A DNA stretch of 64,000 nucleotides from an uncultured Acidobacteriota bacterium (GTDB lineage: Bacteria; Acidobacteriota; Thermoanaerobaculia; Gp7-AA8). The position numbers were made by a program, and so were the translations under genes. The stretch spans positions 512,001-576,000 of the forward strand of contig CAVUKB010000007.1 of NCBI GenBank assembly GCA_963741955.1. The letters are read 5' to 3'. Shown here one piece after another: positions 30,386 to 41,005 of the stretch (position 1 is its first letter; each line of letters begins with the position of its first letter). The notes below the pieces were generated by a model that worked only from the letters and a program-made list of their open reading frames with translations, was not told the DNA's origin and searched no databases.

Positions 30386-32209
30386 TCAATCTCCCGCAGG
30401 CACAGGCCGCGGACCGAGCGCGAGGAGGTTCTCGATCGGCATCGGCCGTTCCCGCCGCTTCATCACCACCAGTGAGAAGCGCGGCTTCTGCCACCACCGG
30501 TACGGCGCGTAGTCGAGCTGCAGGTATCGCCAGAGCGACTGGTCGTAGTCGACTCCGAACCCCTTCGATCCGAACTCGCGGAAGCTCCGGCCGACGACGA
30601 TGACCCACTCCGGGCGCGTCGCGATGAACTCCTCCATGATCCGCATCTCGACCGAGGATGTGTTTTCGAGAGGAATGAACGCGAACCAGGAGATCGATGT
30701 CGTACGCGACATGAAGTAGTTGAGCGCCAACCCCTCGGGGACGAGGACCATCTTCTCGCCGGGGGCAACGAAAGGCTGCCGGATGAAGTTGCCGAGGATC
30801 GCGGCGCGATCGGGATTGAGGTCATACAGCATTCCTTTGGGTGTTTCGATCGGATAGCGCCATCTGGAGAACTCGTCCCGTTGATGCAGAATCGACTGAA
30901 CGGAGAGGGCCGCGATCAGCGGGAGCCAGAGAAGCGCGGTCGAGGCCCGGTAGAGTCGCTTCTCCGGAAGCCACCGGAAAAGCGCCACCGCGATGGCCGG
31001 GTACAGAAGCACGGTGTAGAACGCGCCGTACCAGAACGGCATCAGATTCACGAAGACGCGGAGATTTCCCAGCACTGCAATCAGCACCAGCAGGAACAGC
31101 GGGCTTCGGCGCTCGCGGATCGCGAGATAGAGGAGAAGAATCGGAAGGAGGACGGTCCAGGCGCGAAAGAATCGATAGTTCGCCAGGAACCAGCTCGCGG
31201 TGGCGACGCCCGCCACCCCTGCCACGAAACCGCCGAAACGCACCCAGCGACGTTGACCGCTGCGAATCCGATCAACGAGCCAGAGCGAACCGGCCATCAA
31301 GGCGAAGAGAGCCGCGCCAACAAGCGCCTGTTCCAGGAGCGGCCGCCACTCGGACATCCCGGAAACGCGCTGGTAAAAAATCCTGGAGGGTGTGCTGATG
31401 AGAAGTGCGTCGTCCAGCACGTTGTCCCACAGCCACGAATGTCCGGGTTTCGAGTCGGAGAAGTAGAGCGAGACGGCGGTCAGTGAGGCAACCGCCACCG
31501 CCGCCGCGAACGCCAGCCGCCGGAGATCGATGCGATGGACGAGCGCCATCACCGCCGCCGAGACGAGCACCAGAACCGCGAACTCGAGTTTGGTCCACGC
31601 GGCGAGAAGTCCGAAGCCGGCAGCCATCGCGAAGTGGAGATCCGATCGACCGCGGAAGAGGTATTTCGCAAGGTACGAGAGATAGAGGAGCGTGAAGAGA
31701 GCGCCGATCGTCGCTGCGAATGCGTACGGGAGGATCCACGTGCTGTTGAGAGCCCCGGCGGAGGTGATGTTCCAGCAGATGAAGAGAAGAGTCACCGCCC
31801 AGGCGCCACTTCTTCCCGCCTGTCGAAGAGAGAGGCGGTAGAGCGTGATGGCCGCCGCCGCGGCAACCGCGATCCCGATTCCGATGAACATCGGCAGGCG
31901 GTCGCTGAGCCGGACGGGAATCGACAGAAGATACGGAGCGAGCGGAGGGAACTCGTATCGGATATCCCGGTAGAGCTTGTCGCCTGCCACGAGCCGGGTA
32001 GGCACGTAGAGATCACGGCCGACGTCGATGATCGGATCCATCCAGCGATTCCACGAGTGTGCCAGCGCCACGCCGGCGGCCACCAGGAGGAGGGTGATGG
32101 CGAAGACCTCGAGTGTGATGCGGCGCTTCCGAATGCGCGAGCTCTCCGCTGGCGACTGCACGCTCTCGGCTGCAGTCGGGGCATCTGCTTCGTCGGTCAG
32201 CACGCTCAT
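30386..32209 (-). CDS. Polytopic membrane protein, GT-C-like
   Basis: DPIIDVGRDLY, LYRDIRYEFPPL and TKLEF; many TM segments. The track's N-terminal extension is the antisense of the next gene. Confidence 0.75.
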   Translation of the reverse strand: MSVLTDEADAPTAAESVQSPAESSRIRKRRITLEVFAITLLLVAAGVALAHSWNRWMDPIIDVGRDLYVPTRLVAGDKLYRDIRYEFPPLAPYLLSIPVRLSDRLPMFIGIGIAVAAAAAITLYRLSLRQAGRSGAWAVTLLFICWNITSAGALNSTWILPYAFAATIGALFTLLYLSYLAKYLFRGRSDLHFAMAAGFGLLAAWTKLEFAVLVLVSAAVMALVHRIDLRRLAFAAAVAVASLTAVSLYFSDSKPGHSWLWDNVLDDALLISTPSRIFYQRVSGMSEWRPLLEQALVGAALFALMAGSLWLVDRIRSGQRRWVRFGGFVAGVAGVATASWFLANYRFFRAWTVLLPILLLYLAIRERRSPLFLLVLIAVLGNLRVFVNLMPFWYGAFYTVLLYPAIAVALFRWLPEKRLYRASTALLWLPLIAALSVQSILHQRDEFSRWRYPIETPKGMLYDLNPDRAAILGNFIRQPFVAPGEKMVLVPEGLALNYFMSRTTSISWFAFIPLENTSSVEMRIMEEFIATRPEWVIVVGRSFREFGSKGFGVDYDQSLWRYLQLDYAPYRWWQKPRFSLVVMKRRERPMPIENLLALGPRPVPAGD

Positions 32210-32375
32210 ATGAGAAGGCTCCGAATCATCGCGTCTTGATGTGGAGTCGGTCCGACCATCATGCGTATAATGCTTTGAACCGACCGAGAATAGAATGAAT
32301 CGCAACGCAAGGCGAAACGTGCCTTGGCGGACGGTCGAAAGAGCTCGCGAAGCGGGCCCGAAAAAAGGAGTCGCT

Positions 32376-33185
32376 ATGGCAACGCGTACCACCTCTCGTT
32401 CCAAAGCAACGGCTAGTCGGTCCAGCAAGAGTTCCCCGAAGAAGAAAGCTGCGAAGAAGCCTGCTGCAAAGAAGGCTGCGAAGAAGGCAGCAAAAAAACC
32501 TGCGGTGAAGAAAGCCGGAAAGGCTGCGAAGAAGCCGGCCCGGAAGAGTGCCCGCCCGGCCGCGAAGCGTGCTGCGAAGAAGGCCCCGGCGAAGAAAGCC
32601 GTGAACCGCCCGGCAGCCGGAGGAAGGAAGAAGACTCCCGCCAGGAAGAGCGCGGCGAAGAAAGCGACGGCCGGAAAGTCCGTGAAGCGCCCGGCCGGCA
32701 AAGCGGCCGGGAAGGCTCGGGCAAAAAAAGCTGCGCCCCGCAAATCCGCGAAGAAAGCAGCAGGCCGGAAGGCTCCTGCGAAGAAGACCCCAGTGAAGCG
32801 CGCAGCGCCGGCGAAGAAGGCGCCGGCCCGGAAGGCCGCCGCGAAGAAACCTGCCGCGAGAAAGGCCCCGGCAAAGAAGGCTGCCGCGAAGCAGGCGCCA
32901 GCGCAGAAAGCGCCGGCGAAGAAGCCAGCGACGAAGAAGTCGCGTGCCCGGACGACTGCGGCCACCGCCGGACGAACACCCGCTCCCGTTTCCACCACTC
33001 CTCCCGAGCCGGCGACTTCCGGTTGGGGAATGCCGCCTGCGGCAGCCGAGGAGATCGAGACCGCCGAAGAGAGCGGCCTCGGTCACGAAGAGGAAGTGCC
33101 GGAGCTCGAATCGACCTCGAGTTACTACGGAGGAGAGCTCGGTGACGAGGTCGCAACGACCGAAGACGACGACGACGAATTCTGA
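32376..33185 (+). CDS. Histone H1-like Lys/Ala/Pro-rich protein with an acidic C-terminal tail
   Basis: AGGAG precedes ATG; many AAKK/PAKK repeats; ends EDDDDEF. Confidence 0.85.
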   Translation: MATRTTSRSKATASRSSKSSPKKKAAKKPAAKKAAKKAAKKPAVKKAGKAAKKPARKSARPAAKRAAKKAPAKKAVNRPAAGGRKKTPARKSAAKKATAGKSVKRPAGKAAGKARAKKAAPRKSAKKAAGRKAPAKKTPVKRAAPAKKAPARKAAAKKPAARKAPAKKAAAKQAPAQKAPAKKPATKKSRARTTAATAGRTPAPVSTTPPEPATSGWGMPPAAAEEIETAEESGLGHEEEVPELESTSSYYGGELGDEVATTEDDDDEF

Positions 33186-33212
33186 TCCCGCCGATGCGAG
33201 GATCCTCCTTTC

Positions 33213-33241
33213 GGACCGGCCTGAGGGCCGGTCCTTTTTTT
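33213..33241 (+). terminator. Intrinsic terminator
   Basis: GGACCGGCC-TGAG-GGCCGGTCC followed by a T-run. Confidence 0.9.
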
Positions 33242-33337
33242 ACGCCGCCTTCCTCGAGTATGTAATCCTGTATTTACAAATGTACCGGGTGAGAAATCTC
33301 TCGCCGTCATCAGCCGTGAGTCGACGGCTTCTTTCAA

Positions 33338-33540
33338 TCGCCCCTACGGGGCTCGTGAGGCAACCGAAGTTGTGTCGGGATCGTCGTGATCCCAGGGCTG
33401 CGCCCTGGGCTACTGTCGATCGCCCCTACGGGGCTCGAGAGGCGGCGAGGTTGTGTCGGGAGCGTCTGAATCCCAGGGCTGCGCCCTGGGCTATTCTCAA
33501 TCGCCCCTACGGGGCTCGTGAGGCAACCGAGTTGTATGTG
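33338..33540. repeat. REP-like cluster of ~82-bp units
   Basis: TCGCCCCTACGGGGCTCG three times and CCCAGGGCTGCGCCCTGGG twice. Confidence 0.85.
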
Positions 33541-33602
33541 GGTCGACTCCGGCACGAAGATCCGTGGTTTGACTTTGCCGGCATCGTCCTTCAGAATTCC
33601 TA

Positions 33603-33656
33603 CGCTGGATTGAGTTGGGGCCGCTTGCAACCAGGGTAAAAAAAGCTAAAGAGCCG
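33603..33656 (+). promoter_or_regulatory. Putative SAM-II-class riboswitch
   Basis: P1 CTGG/CCAG, CTTGC, A-rich linker and GCTAAA; located upstream of metH. Confidence 0.6.
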
Positions 33657-33685
33657 TACGACGGACTCGCTCTTGACCTTTTTCG

Positions 33686-33715
33686 TCGCCCCGCTTGTCG
33701 GGGCGATTTGCTTTT
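33686..33715 (+). terminator. Leader terminator upstream of metH
   Basis: TCGCCCCG-CTTGT-CGGGGCGA-TTTGCTTTT. Confidence 0.65.
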
Positions 33716-33750
33716 GTCCCCACCTCTCACTCCGGCGGAACGGAGGAACC

Positions 33751-36700
33751 ATGCAGTCGAACGAGAGAAACGCCGAGAAGATCCGGCAGCTGCTTCGGGA
33801 AAGAATTCTGATTCTCGACGGGGCGATGGGCACCATGATCCAGCGGGTCGGGCTCGGCGAAGCGGATTTCCGTGGAGAACGCTTTGCCGACCATCCATCG
33901 GATCTTCGTGGTGCGAACGACATTCTCTCGATCACCCGTCCCGACGTGATCGGGTGCATCCATGGCGATTTCCTCGAAGCAGGCGCCGACATGATCGAGA
34001 CGAACACGTTCAACGCGAACGCGATCTCGATGGCGGATTACGATCTGCAGAGCGCGGTCCGAGAGATGAATCTCGCTTCGGCGAAAGTCGCCCGCGAGGC
34101 GGTCGAGGAGTCGATGCGGCGGGATCCCTCCAGACCGCGTTTCGTCGCCGGATCGATCGGTCCGACGAACCGGACCGCATCCCTCTCCCCGGACGTGAAC
34201 AATCCCGCCTTCCGTGCCGTCACGTTCGAGCAGCTCGTCGACGCGTATTACGAGCAGGCATCCGCACTCCTGGAAGGAGGCGTGGATCTTCTCCTTCCGG
34301 AGACGACCTTCGACACGCTGAACCTGAAGGCGGCACTCTTCGCGATCGCGAAGCTCTTCGACGACGTTGGCCGGCGCGTTCCGGTCATCGCATCCGTCAC
34401 CATCACCGATGCGTCGGGGCGGACCCTCTCCGGCCAGACCGTGGAAGCGTTCTGGAATTCCGTCTCGCACTTCGACCTCCTGGCCGTGAGTCTCAACTGC
34501 GCGCTCGGAGCTGCGCAGATGCGGTCTCACGTCGAGGATCTCGCTCGGATCGCGCCGGTGTTCGTCGCGTGCTATCCGAACGCCGGTCTCCCGAATGCGC
34601 TCGGGGAGTACGACGAGTCGCCGGAGAAGATGGCCGCGCAGCTTCACGAGTATGCGGCGAACGGATGGCTGAACATCGTCGGCGGCTGCTGCGGAACGAC
34701 GCCCGATCACATTCGCGAGATCGCCCGTTCCGTGCGGGGCCTCAAGCCGCACGTCCCGGCGCAACCGGAACGGCATCTCCGTCTGAGCGGTCTCGAGCCG
34801 CTGACCGTGCGCCCTGACTCGAACTTCATCATGATCGGTGAGCGGACCAACGTCACCGGCTCTCCCCGTTTCGCGAAACTGATCTTCGCCGGAGACTTCG
34901 AAGCGGCGCTCGGAGTGGCGCGACAGCAGATCGAACGGGGAGCGAACATTCTCGACGTCAACATGGACGAGGGGCTGCTCGACTCCGAGGAGTCGATGCG
35001 GGTGTTTCTGAACGGTATCGCCGCCGAGCCGGACATCTCACGGATTCCGATCATGATCGACAGCTCGCGCTGGTCCGTGATCGAGACCGGCCTCCGCTGC
35101 ATTCAGGGAAAAGGCGTGGTCAACTCGATCAGCCTGAAAGAAGGTGAGGATGTCTTCCGCGAGCACGCACGCCGGATTCGGCGCTACGGCGCAGCCGTCG
35201 TGGTGATGGCGTTCGACGAGAAAGGACAGGCGGACACGGTCGAGAGAAAGGTCGCGATCCTCTCCCGCGCCTACTCGATCCTCACCGAGGAGATCGGGTT
35301 CGATCCCACGGACATCATCTTCGATCCGAACGTCCTGACGGTCGCCACCGGGATGGAGGAGCACGATTCGTACGGCGTGGCGTTCATCGAGGCGGTTCGT
35401 GAGTTGAAGAAGCGTTTCCCGGAGAGTTACACCTCGGGCGGCATCAGCAACGTCTCTTTCTCCTTCCGCGGCAACAATCCGGTCCGCGAAGCGATGCACG
35501 CAGCATTTCTCTTTCACGCCATCCACGCCGGCCTCGACATGGGCATCGTGAACGCGGGACAGCTCGCGATCTACGAAGAAATCCCGAAAGACCTCCTCGA
35601 ACTGGTGGAGGACGTTCTCCTGAACCGCCGGCCCGACGCCACCGAGCGGTTGTTGCGCTTCGCGGACACGGTGAAGGCACAGGAAAAGACACCGGAGAAG
35701 GAACAGGCCTGGAGGAGCGGAACGGTCGAGGAGCGGCTCGCGCATGCACTGATCAAGGGGATCGTCGACTTCATCGAATCGGATCTCGAGGAGGCGCGAG
35801 GCGTCTATCCAAGTGCGTTGTCGATCATCGAAGGGCCGCTGATGGAGGGGATGAAGGTGGTGGGCGACCTCTTCGGAGCGGGAAAGATGTTCCTTCCTCA
35901 GGTGGTCAAGAGCGCACGGGTGATGAAGAAGGGAGTGGCCTATCTCCAGCCGTTCATGGAGGCGGAAAAGAGCCAGGCACGCTCGACGGCAGGCACGGTT
36001 CTCCTGGCGACGGTCAAAGGCGACGTGCACGACATCGGGAAGAACATCGTCGGGGTGGTCCTCGCCTGCAACAACTTCGAGGTGATCGACCTCGGTGTGA
36101 TGGTCCCGTCCGACCGGATTCTCCAGACTGCGAAGGAGAAGGAGGTCGACGTGATCGGATTGAGTGGTCTGATCACTCCGAGTCTCGACGAGATGGTTCA
36201 CGTCGCGCAGGAGATGGACCGGCTCGGGTTGCATCTGCCGCTGCTGATCGGAGGAGCGACCACCAGCAGGCTTCACACTGCGCTGCGGATCGCTCCGGAA
36301 TACGAAGGTCCGACCGTGCACGTGATCGATGCGTCGCGCTCGGCCGGTGTCATCTCGCATCTTCTGAGCGAACAGAGAAGGAATTCTTTCGTCGAAGAGA
36401 ATCGCGTCGAGCAGCAGAAGCTGCGCGAGCAGCACGCGGCGCGGGGTTCGGAGACTCCTCTTCGATCACTGAGCGAAGCAAGAGAACGTGGGGTGCGGAT
36501 CGACTGGAGCGACACCACGATCGCAGTTCCGTCGGACACCGGAGCTCGAATGCGGGCGCCGGTCCCGCTCGAAGAGATCGTGCCGTTCATCGACTGGACG
36601 CCGTTCTTCCACGCCTGGGAACTTCGTGGACGCTACCCGCAGATCCTCGAAGATCCGGTCGCGGGGGAGAGGGCGCGGGAGCTGTACGACGATGCCCGGC

Positions 36701-37524
36701 GACTCCTCGACCGGATCGTCCGGGAGGATCTGATCGAAGCACGCGCGATCTTCGGCCTCTATCCGGCAAACCGGGTCGGCGACGACGTCGAGGTCTACCA
36801 GTCGGCCGATCGCGAGCGGACGATCACCCGGTTTCATTTCCTGCGGCAGCAGGTCGCGAAAAAGGAAGGAGAGCCGAACTACTCTCTCGCTGATTACATC
36901 GCTCCTCGGGATTCGTCGAGGCTCGACTTCCTCGGTGCGTTCGCCGTCAGCGCCGGTTTCGGTGTCGACGAGCTGGCGAAGCGATTTGCAGATGAGCACG
37001 ACGACTACAACGCGATCATGACCCGGGCTCTCGCCGACCGGCTTGCCGAGGCTCTGGCAGAGCTGATCCATCGCGACGCTCGCGTGAGCTGGGGATACGG
37101 TGCGGAGGAGAATCTGAGCACCGAGGATCTGATCCGGGAGAGCTACCGCGGGATCCGTCCCGCTCCCGGTTATCCCGCCTGTCCGGATCACAGCGAGAAG
37201 GCGCTCCTCTTCGAGCTTCTCGACGCAAGTCGCAGGACCGGGATCGAGCTGACTGCGAACTTCGCGATGTCGCCGGCCAGTTCGGTGAGCGGGTTCTACT
37301 TCGCCCATCCCGAATCGAGGTACTTCTCGGTCGGGAAGATCGCGCGGGATCAGGTGTGGGACTACCACCTGCGGAAGGACGTCCCGTTGTCGACGGTCGA
37401 GCGATGGCTCCGGCCGAATCTCGCATACGAGCCGGCGACGGCGGCGAACGGAGCGTGTCCGTGCGGAGAGCAACACTCCGAAGAGTCGAAGTTCGAGACG
37501 GCCGGCGGCGCTACTCGGGAGTGA
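33751..37524 (+). CDS. metH: Cobalamin-dependent methionine synthase
   Basis: [32 protein letters not shown] and [12 protein letters not shown]. Confidence 0.99.
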   Translation: MQSNERNAEKIRQLLRERILILDGAMGTMIQRVGLGEADFRGERFADHPSDLRGANDILSITRPDVIGCIHGDFLEAGADMIETNTFNANAISMADYDLQSAVREMNLASAKVAREAVEESMRRDPSRPRFVAGSIGPTNRTASLSPDVNNPAFRAVTFEQLVDAYYEQASALLEGGVDLLLPETTFDTLNLKAALFAIAKLFDDVGRRVPVIASVTITDASGRTLSGQTVEAFWNSVSHFDLLAVSLNCALGAAQMRSHVEDLARIAPVFVACYPNAGLPNALGEYDESPEKMAAQLHEYAANGWLNIVGGCCGTTPDHIREIARSVRGLKPHVPAQPERHLRLSGLEPLTVRPDSNFIMIGERTNVTGSPRFAKLIFAGDFEAALGVARQQIERGANILDVNMDEGLLDSEESMRVFLNGIAAEPDISRIPIMIDSSRWSVIETGLRCIQGKGVVNSISLKEGEDVFREHARRIRRYGAAVVVMAFDEKGQADTVERKVAILSRAYSILTEEIGFDPTDIIFDPNVLTVATGMEEHDSYGVAFIEAVRELKKRFPESYTSGGISNVSFSFRGNNPVREAMHAAFLFHAIHAGLDMGIVNAGQLAIYEEIPKDLLELVEDVLLNRRPDATERLLRFADTVKAQEKTPEKEQAWRSGTVEERLAHALIKGIVDFIESDLEEARGVYPSALSIIEGPLMEGMKVVGDLFGAGKMFLPQVVKSARVMKKGVAYLQPFMEAEKSQARSTAGTVLLATVKGDVHDIGKNIVGVVLACNNFEVIDLGVMVPSDRILQTAKEKEVDVIGLSGLITPSLDEMVHVAQEMDRLGLHLPLLIGGATTSRLHTALRIAPEYEGPTVHVIDASRSAGVISHLLSEQRRNSFVEENRVEQQKLREQHAARGSETPLRSLSEARERGVRIDWSDTTIAVPSDTGARMRAPVPLEEIVPFIDWTPFFHAWELRGRYPQILEDPVAGERARELYDDARRLLDRIVREDLIEARAIFGLYPANRVGDDVEVYQSADRERTITRFHFLRQQVAKKEGEPNYSLADYIAPRDSSRLDFLGAFAVSAGFGVDELAKRFADEHDDYNAIMTRALADRLAEALAELIHRDARVSWGYGAEENLSTEDLIRESYRGIRPAPGYPACPDHSEKALLFELLDASRRTGIELTANFAMSPASSVSGFYFAHPESRYFSVGKIARDQVWDYHLRKDVPLSTVERWLRPNLAYEPATAANGACPCGEQHSEESKFETAGGATRE

Positions 37525-37984
37525 ATGCCCGGTTCGATCCGGCGTTCACCTGCTGGACGAAGATCCGCTGGAAGTTGCCGACCGGCGACTTGAAATACGC
37601 GGTGCCCCGCAGGGTGACCGGACCATTCGATCCTTCGATCGTATTCTCGGCGACGGCAGGGATCCACAGATCGACCGTCTCCACCTGATGGGGACGTATC
37701 ACCTTCGCGAACGGGCGGTCCGTCTTCGGAACCGTGTACGCGCCGTATCCCATCGATTCGAGCTGGACCCGATCGAGAGTCAGCGGCTCGGATGAACGAT
37801 TGTGGACGTCGAGCTGGAACTTGACCGAGATCGCTCCGGCCTCATGACGTGCGGCGAAGGCCTGCCCTTCGACCTGACGGAGATTGAACTCGGGTTCTGC
37901 GAGATTTGCGGGCATCCGATCGGAAGCGCAGGCCGAGAAAACGAGGACGGCACTCAGTCCGAGTGTGAAGAGAAGTGGTCGCAT
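37511..37984 (-). CDS. Lipoprotein of unknown function
   Basis: Lipobox FSA-C; similar to 59677-60135. Confidence 0.8.
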   Translation of the reverse strand: MRPLLFTLGLSAVLVFSACASDRMPANLAEPEFNLRQVEGQAFAARHEAGAISVKFQLDVHNRSSEPLTLDRVQLESMGYGAYTVPKTDRPFAKVIRPHQVETVDLWIPAVAENTIEGSNGPVTLRGTAYFKSPVGNFQRIFVQQVNAGSNRAFTPE

Positions 37985-38282
37985 GCGCGGGTCCTTTCTA
38001 AAATCGAGAACAGCAGCCCTGACCCACCTATTCTGGCCGGTTTCACCGACCGCACTTGAAGACCGGACCCAGCCGCGAAGCGGTGATTCACTTTCGGGAA
38101 TGCGGGCGCTGATGTTCAGACGAGGTCGATTGAAGCGTCACGATTCCGACACCGATGGTGCGTTGCACCACCGTAGCGGCACGGGCTGGGCCATGCCGCT
38201 CCGGTGGCGGCAACGGTTCGCGTCACCGACGCGAGAATCGCGATGAGACGCCATTGGGGTCAGGATGTGATAATGCTTCGAC

Positions 38283-39764
38283 ATGGCGAGAATCGTGACT
38301 GTCGACGAACCCCTCGGCCTCTATGACTACGAGTCTTATGCACACCTGGCCCCCGCAGTTCAAAGACTTCGATCCGAAGCGGCTCCGGTGGTCTCCGCCC
38401 TGCGCGGTCACCGCGTCTGGATGATCAATTCGACGGAGAAGGGTGGTGGGGTCGCCGAGATGCTTCCGCGAATGGTCTCCATCATGCGCGAGCTAGGCGT
38501 GGAATCCGAATGGGCGGTGATCGAAACCGATCGCCAGGATTTTTTCGCATTCACCAAACGGATGCACAACCTCATTCACGGAGTCGGAGATTCGTCCATC
38601 ACCGGCGACGAGCGCCGAGCGTACGAAGAGGTCAACCGCGCGAACGTCGGGAGGCTCACCGAATGGATCCATGACGGTGATCTGGTGGTCGTCCACGATC
38701 CGCAGCCGATGGCTCTCGCCGGGATGATCCGCGAACGCCGGAATGTCCGGACCGTGTGGCGGTGCCACATCGGACTGGATCGGGATCTTCCGCAGACCCG
38801 CGCCGCGTGGGAGTTTCTCGAGCCGTACTCCCGTGACTACGACGACTCCGTTTTTACCGCGGTCGAGTACATCCCCGGTTATCTTTCCGGACGTGCGGTC
38901 GTCGTTCATCCCGGAATCGATCCGCTCAGTCACAAGAATCGTGATCTCACCGCGCACAAGTTGCAGGGGATTCTCTGCAATTCGCGCCTGGCCGTCGAGC
39001 ACGCGCCGGTGCTGACCCCTCCGTTCGCCGAGACGGCGAAGAGACTCTCTCCGGCCGGCGAGTGGGTCGCGGCCACCGAACCGCAGGAGATCGGTCTCCT
39101 CTACCGGCCGATCGTGGCTCAGATCTCGCGCTGGGACCGGCTGAAGGGCTTTGGGCCTCTCCTCGATGGATTCGTCCGGCTGAAGAGGAGAGGTGCGGGA
39201 CCGGCCAATACCTCGGTTCACGCGCACCGATTGCAGATCGCCCGGCTCGTGCTCGCGGGTCCGGATCCGGAATCCGTGACGGACGATCCGGAGGGACGTG
39301 AAGTCCTGGAAGAACTGAAGGCGAAGTACGTCGCGCTTCCGCCGGACCTCCAGCAGGACATCGCTCTGGTTGCTCTCCCGATGGGCTCGAGGAAACAGAA
39401 TGCTCTGATGGTCAACGCGATCCAGCGCTGTGCGACCGTCATGGTTCAGAACTCGCTGCAGGAGGGATTCGGGCTGACGGTGACCGAGGCGCTCTGGAAG
39501 CGCTCCGCTGTGGTCGGCTCGCGTGCGGTCGGGATCCGTCAGCAGATCCGCGACGGCGTGGACGGCAAACTCGTCGGCGATCCCTCGAACGCCGAGGAGA
39601 TCGCGCAGGCGTTGGACGAGGTTCTGCGGGATCCGAAGCAGCGCGAGAGCTTCGGTGCCAGCGGCCAGAGGCGTGTGTATGACGAGTTTCTGGTTTTCTC
39701 GCAACTCCGGCGCTGGTTTCGCATTTTCGGAGACCTCGCGCGTCGCGCGAGGAACGGATCCTGA
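38283..39764 (+). CDS. GT4 glycosyltransferase, TreT (trehalose synthase)-like
   Basis: NSTEKGGGVAE, HDPQP, WRCHI, SRWDRLKG and EGFGLTVTEALWK. Confidence 0.88.
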   Translation: MARIVTVDEPLGLYDYESYAHLAPAVQRLRSEAAPVVSALRGHRVWMINSTEKGGGVAEMLPRMVSIMRELGVESEWAVIETDRQDFFAFTKRMHNLIHGVGDSSITGDERRAYEEVNRANVGRLTEWIHDGDLVVVHDPQPMALAGMIRERRNVRTVWRCHIGLDRDLPQTRAAWEFLEPYSRDYDDSVFTAVEYIPGYLSGRAVVVHPGIDPLSHKNRDLTAHKLQGILCNSRLAVEHAPVLTPPFAETAKRLSPAGEWVAATEPQEIGLLYRPIVAQISRWDRLKGFGPLLDGFVRLKRRGAGPANTSVHAHRLQIARLVLAGPDPESVTDDPEGREVLEELKAKYVALPPDLQQDIALVALPMGSRKQNALMVNAIQRCATVMVQNSLQEGFGLTVTEALWKRSAVVGSRAVGIRQQIRDGVDGKLVGDPSNAEEIAQALDEVLRDPKQRESFGASGQRRVYDEFLVFSQLRRWFRIFGDLARRARNGS

Positions 39765-39788
39765 CGCGCGACGACTTCAGGAGGATTG

Positions 39789-40844
39789 ATGGCCAGAATC
39801 GCAGTGATCGGAACCGGATGGGGGGCCCGAGCCCAGATCCCGGCCTTTCGAGATGCCGGACTGGAGATCGCAGGAATCGCCGGATCGGATCCCGAAAAGA
39901 CTCGTCGGATCGCCGGAGATCTCGGAGTGGAGCCGTGGAGTGACTGGCGGGAGATGGTAGTCCGGTCGGAGGCCGATCTGATCTCCGTGACCGCCCCACC
40001 ATCGCATCACTTCGACATGGCCATGATGGCGCTCGAGCACGAGCGGCACGTGCTCTGCGAAAAGCCCACCGCGATGAACGCGGCCGAGGCGAAGCGGATG
40101 CTCGAACGGGCGACGGAAAGACCGCAACGGCTTTCTCTGATCGACCACGAGCTCCGCTTCCTTCCGACCTGGCAGGAGGCGCGAACGAGAATCGCGGAGC
40201 TCGGAGAATTGCGATTCGCCGAAGTTCGGTACGCGTCGCCGAGTCGCTCGGATCCAGGCCGGGCGTGGAACTGGTGGAGTGACGCCGACGCCGGTGGCGG
40301 CGTATGGGGCGCGGTCGGCTCTCACGCCGTCGACACGCTTCGATTCCTGGTGGGTGAGGTCCACGAGGCGCAGGGGCTGATGCACACGTTCGTCGCTGAG
40401 CGACCGTTGCCCGGCGAAGGAACGAGGGTAGTGACCGCGGACGATTTCGCGGGAGTGAATCTCCGTATGAAACGTGGCGTACTCGCGACGATGCTGTTCA
40501 CTGCGGTTGCCGGGGTCGATGAACCGACCGTCATCACAATCCACGGAGAGGAGGCGTCGTTGCGGCTCTCCGGCCCGACGCTGCGCATTGCGAAACGCGG
40601 CGGTGAGTGGGAAGAGGCGCGGACTCTCCCCGGCCCACGTCGTCCGGGAGACACCGCGGGCGGCTGGTTCGGAACCGGCACGTTCGAGCTCGGACGCGCA
40701 CTGAAGCGGGCGATCGATGAAGACGACCGGCACGCGTTGTCCTTCGCTGCGACGTTCTACGACGGACTGGCGCAGCAGCGGGTGCTCGATGCTGCGCGCC
40801 GATCTCACGAACACGGCGGCCACTGGGTCGAAGTCGAGCAGTAG
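39789..40844 (+). CDS. Gfo/Idh/MocA-family oxidoreductase
   Basis: IAVIGTGWG Rossmann motif, CEKP and GGGVWGAVGSH. Confidence 0.92.
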   Translation: MARIAVIGTGWGARAQIPAFRDAGLEIAGIAGSDPEKTRRIAGDLGVEPWSDWREMVVRSEADLISVTAPPSHHFDMAMMALEHERHVLCEKPTAMNAAEAKRMLERATERPQRLSLIDHELRFLPTWQEARTRIAELGELRFAEVRYASPSRSDPGRAWNWWSDADAGGGVWGAVGSHAVDTLRFLVGEVHEAQGLMHTFVAERPLPGEGTRVVTADDFAGVNLRMKRGVLATMLFTAVAGVDEPTVITIHGEEASLRLSGPTLRIAKRGGEWEEARTLPGPRRPGDTAGGWFGTGTFELGRALKRAIDEDDRHALSFAATFYDGLAQQRVLDAARRSHEHGGHWVEVEQ

Positions 40845-41005
40845 CGGGAGTCCCTGCGACTCTCCGAGTCCTCGCGATCGTGCGGGTGGGCACGATCCCG
40901 GGTGAGCTGCGTCACCGAGGCCGCTCCCGTCATCTGGCCCAATCGGATATATCTTGCGGTTCATCACCGGGCGTTGACGGCGCTCGACAGAGGGGAGATC
41001 CATCC

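Noticed and set aside
32210-32998. FFAAF-rich N-terminal extension of the 870-aa minus-strand ORF
   Set aside because: It is the reverse complement of the Lys/Ala-rich histone-like gene.
33338-33540. Possible CRISPR array
   Set aside because: Only about three units, the intervening sequences resemble each other, and there are no cas genes; it fits REP elements better.
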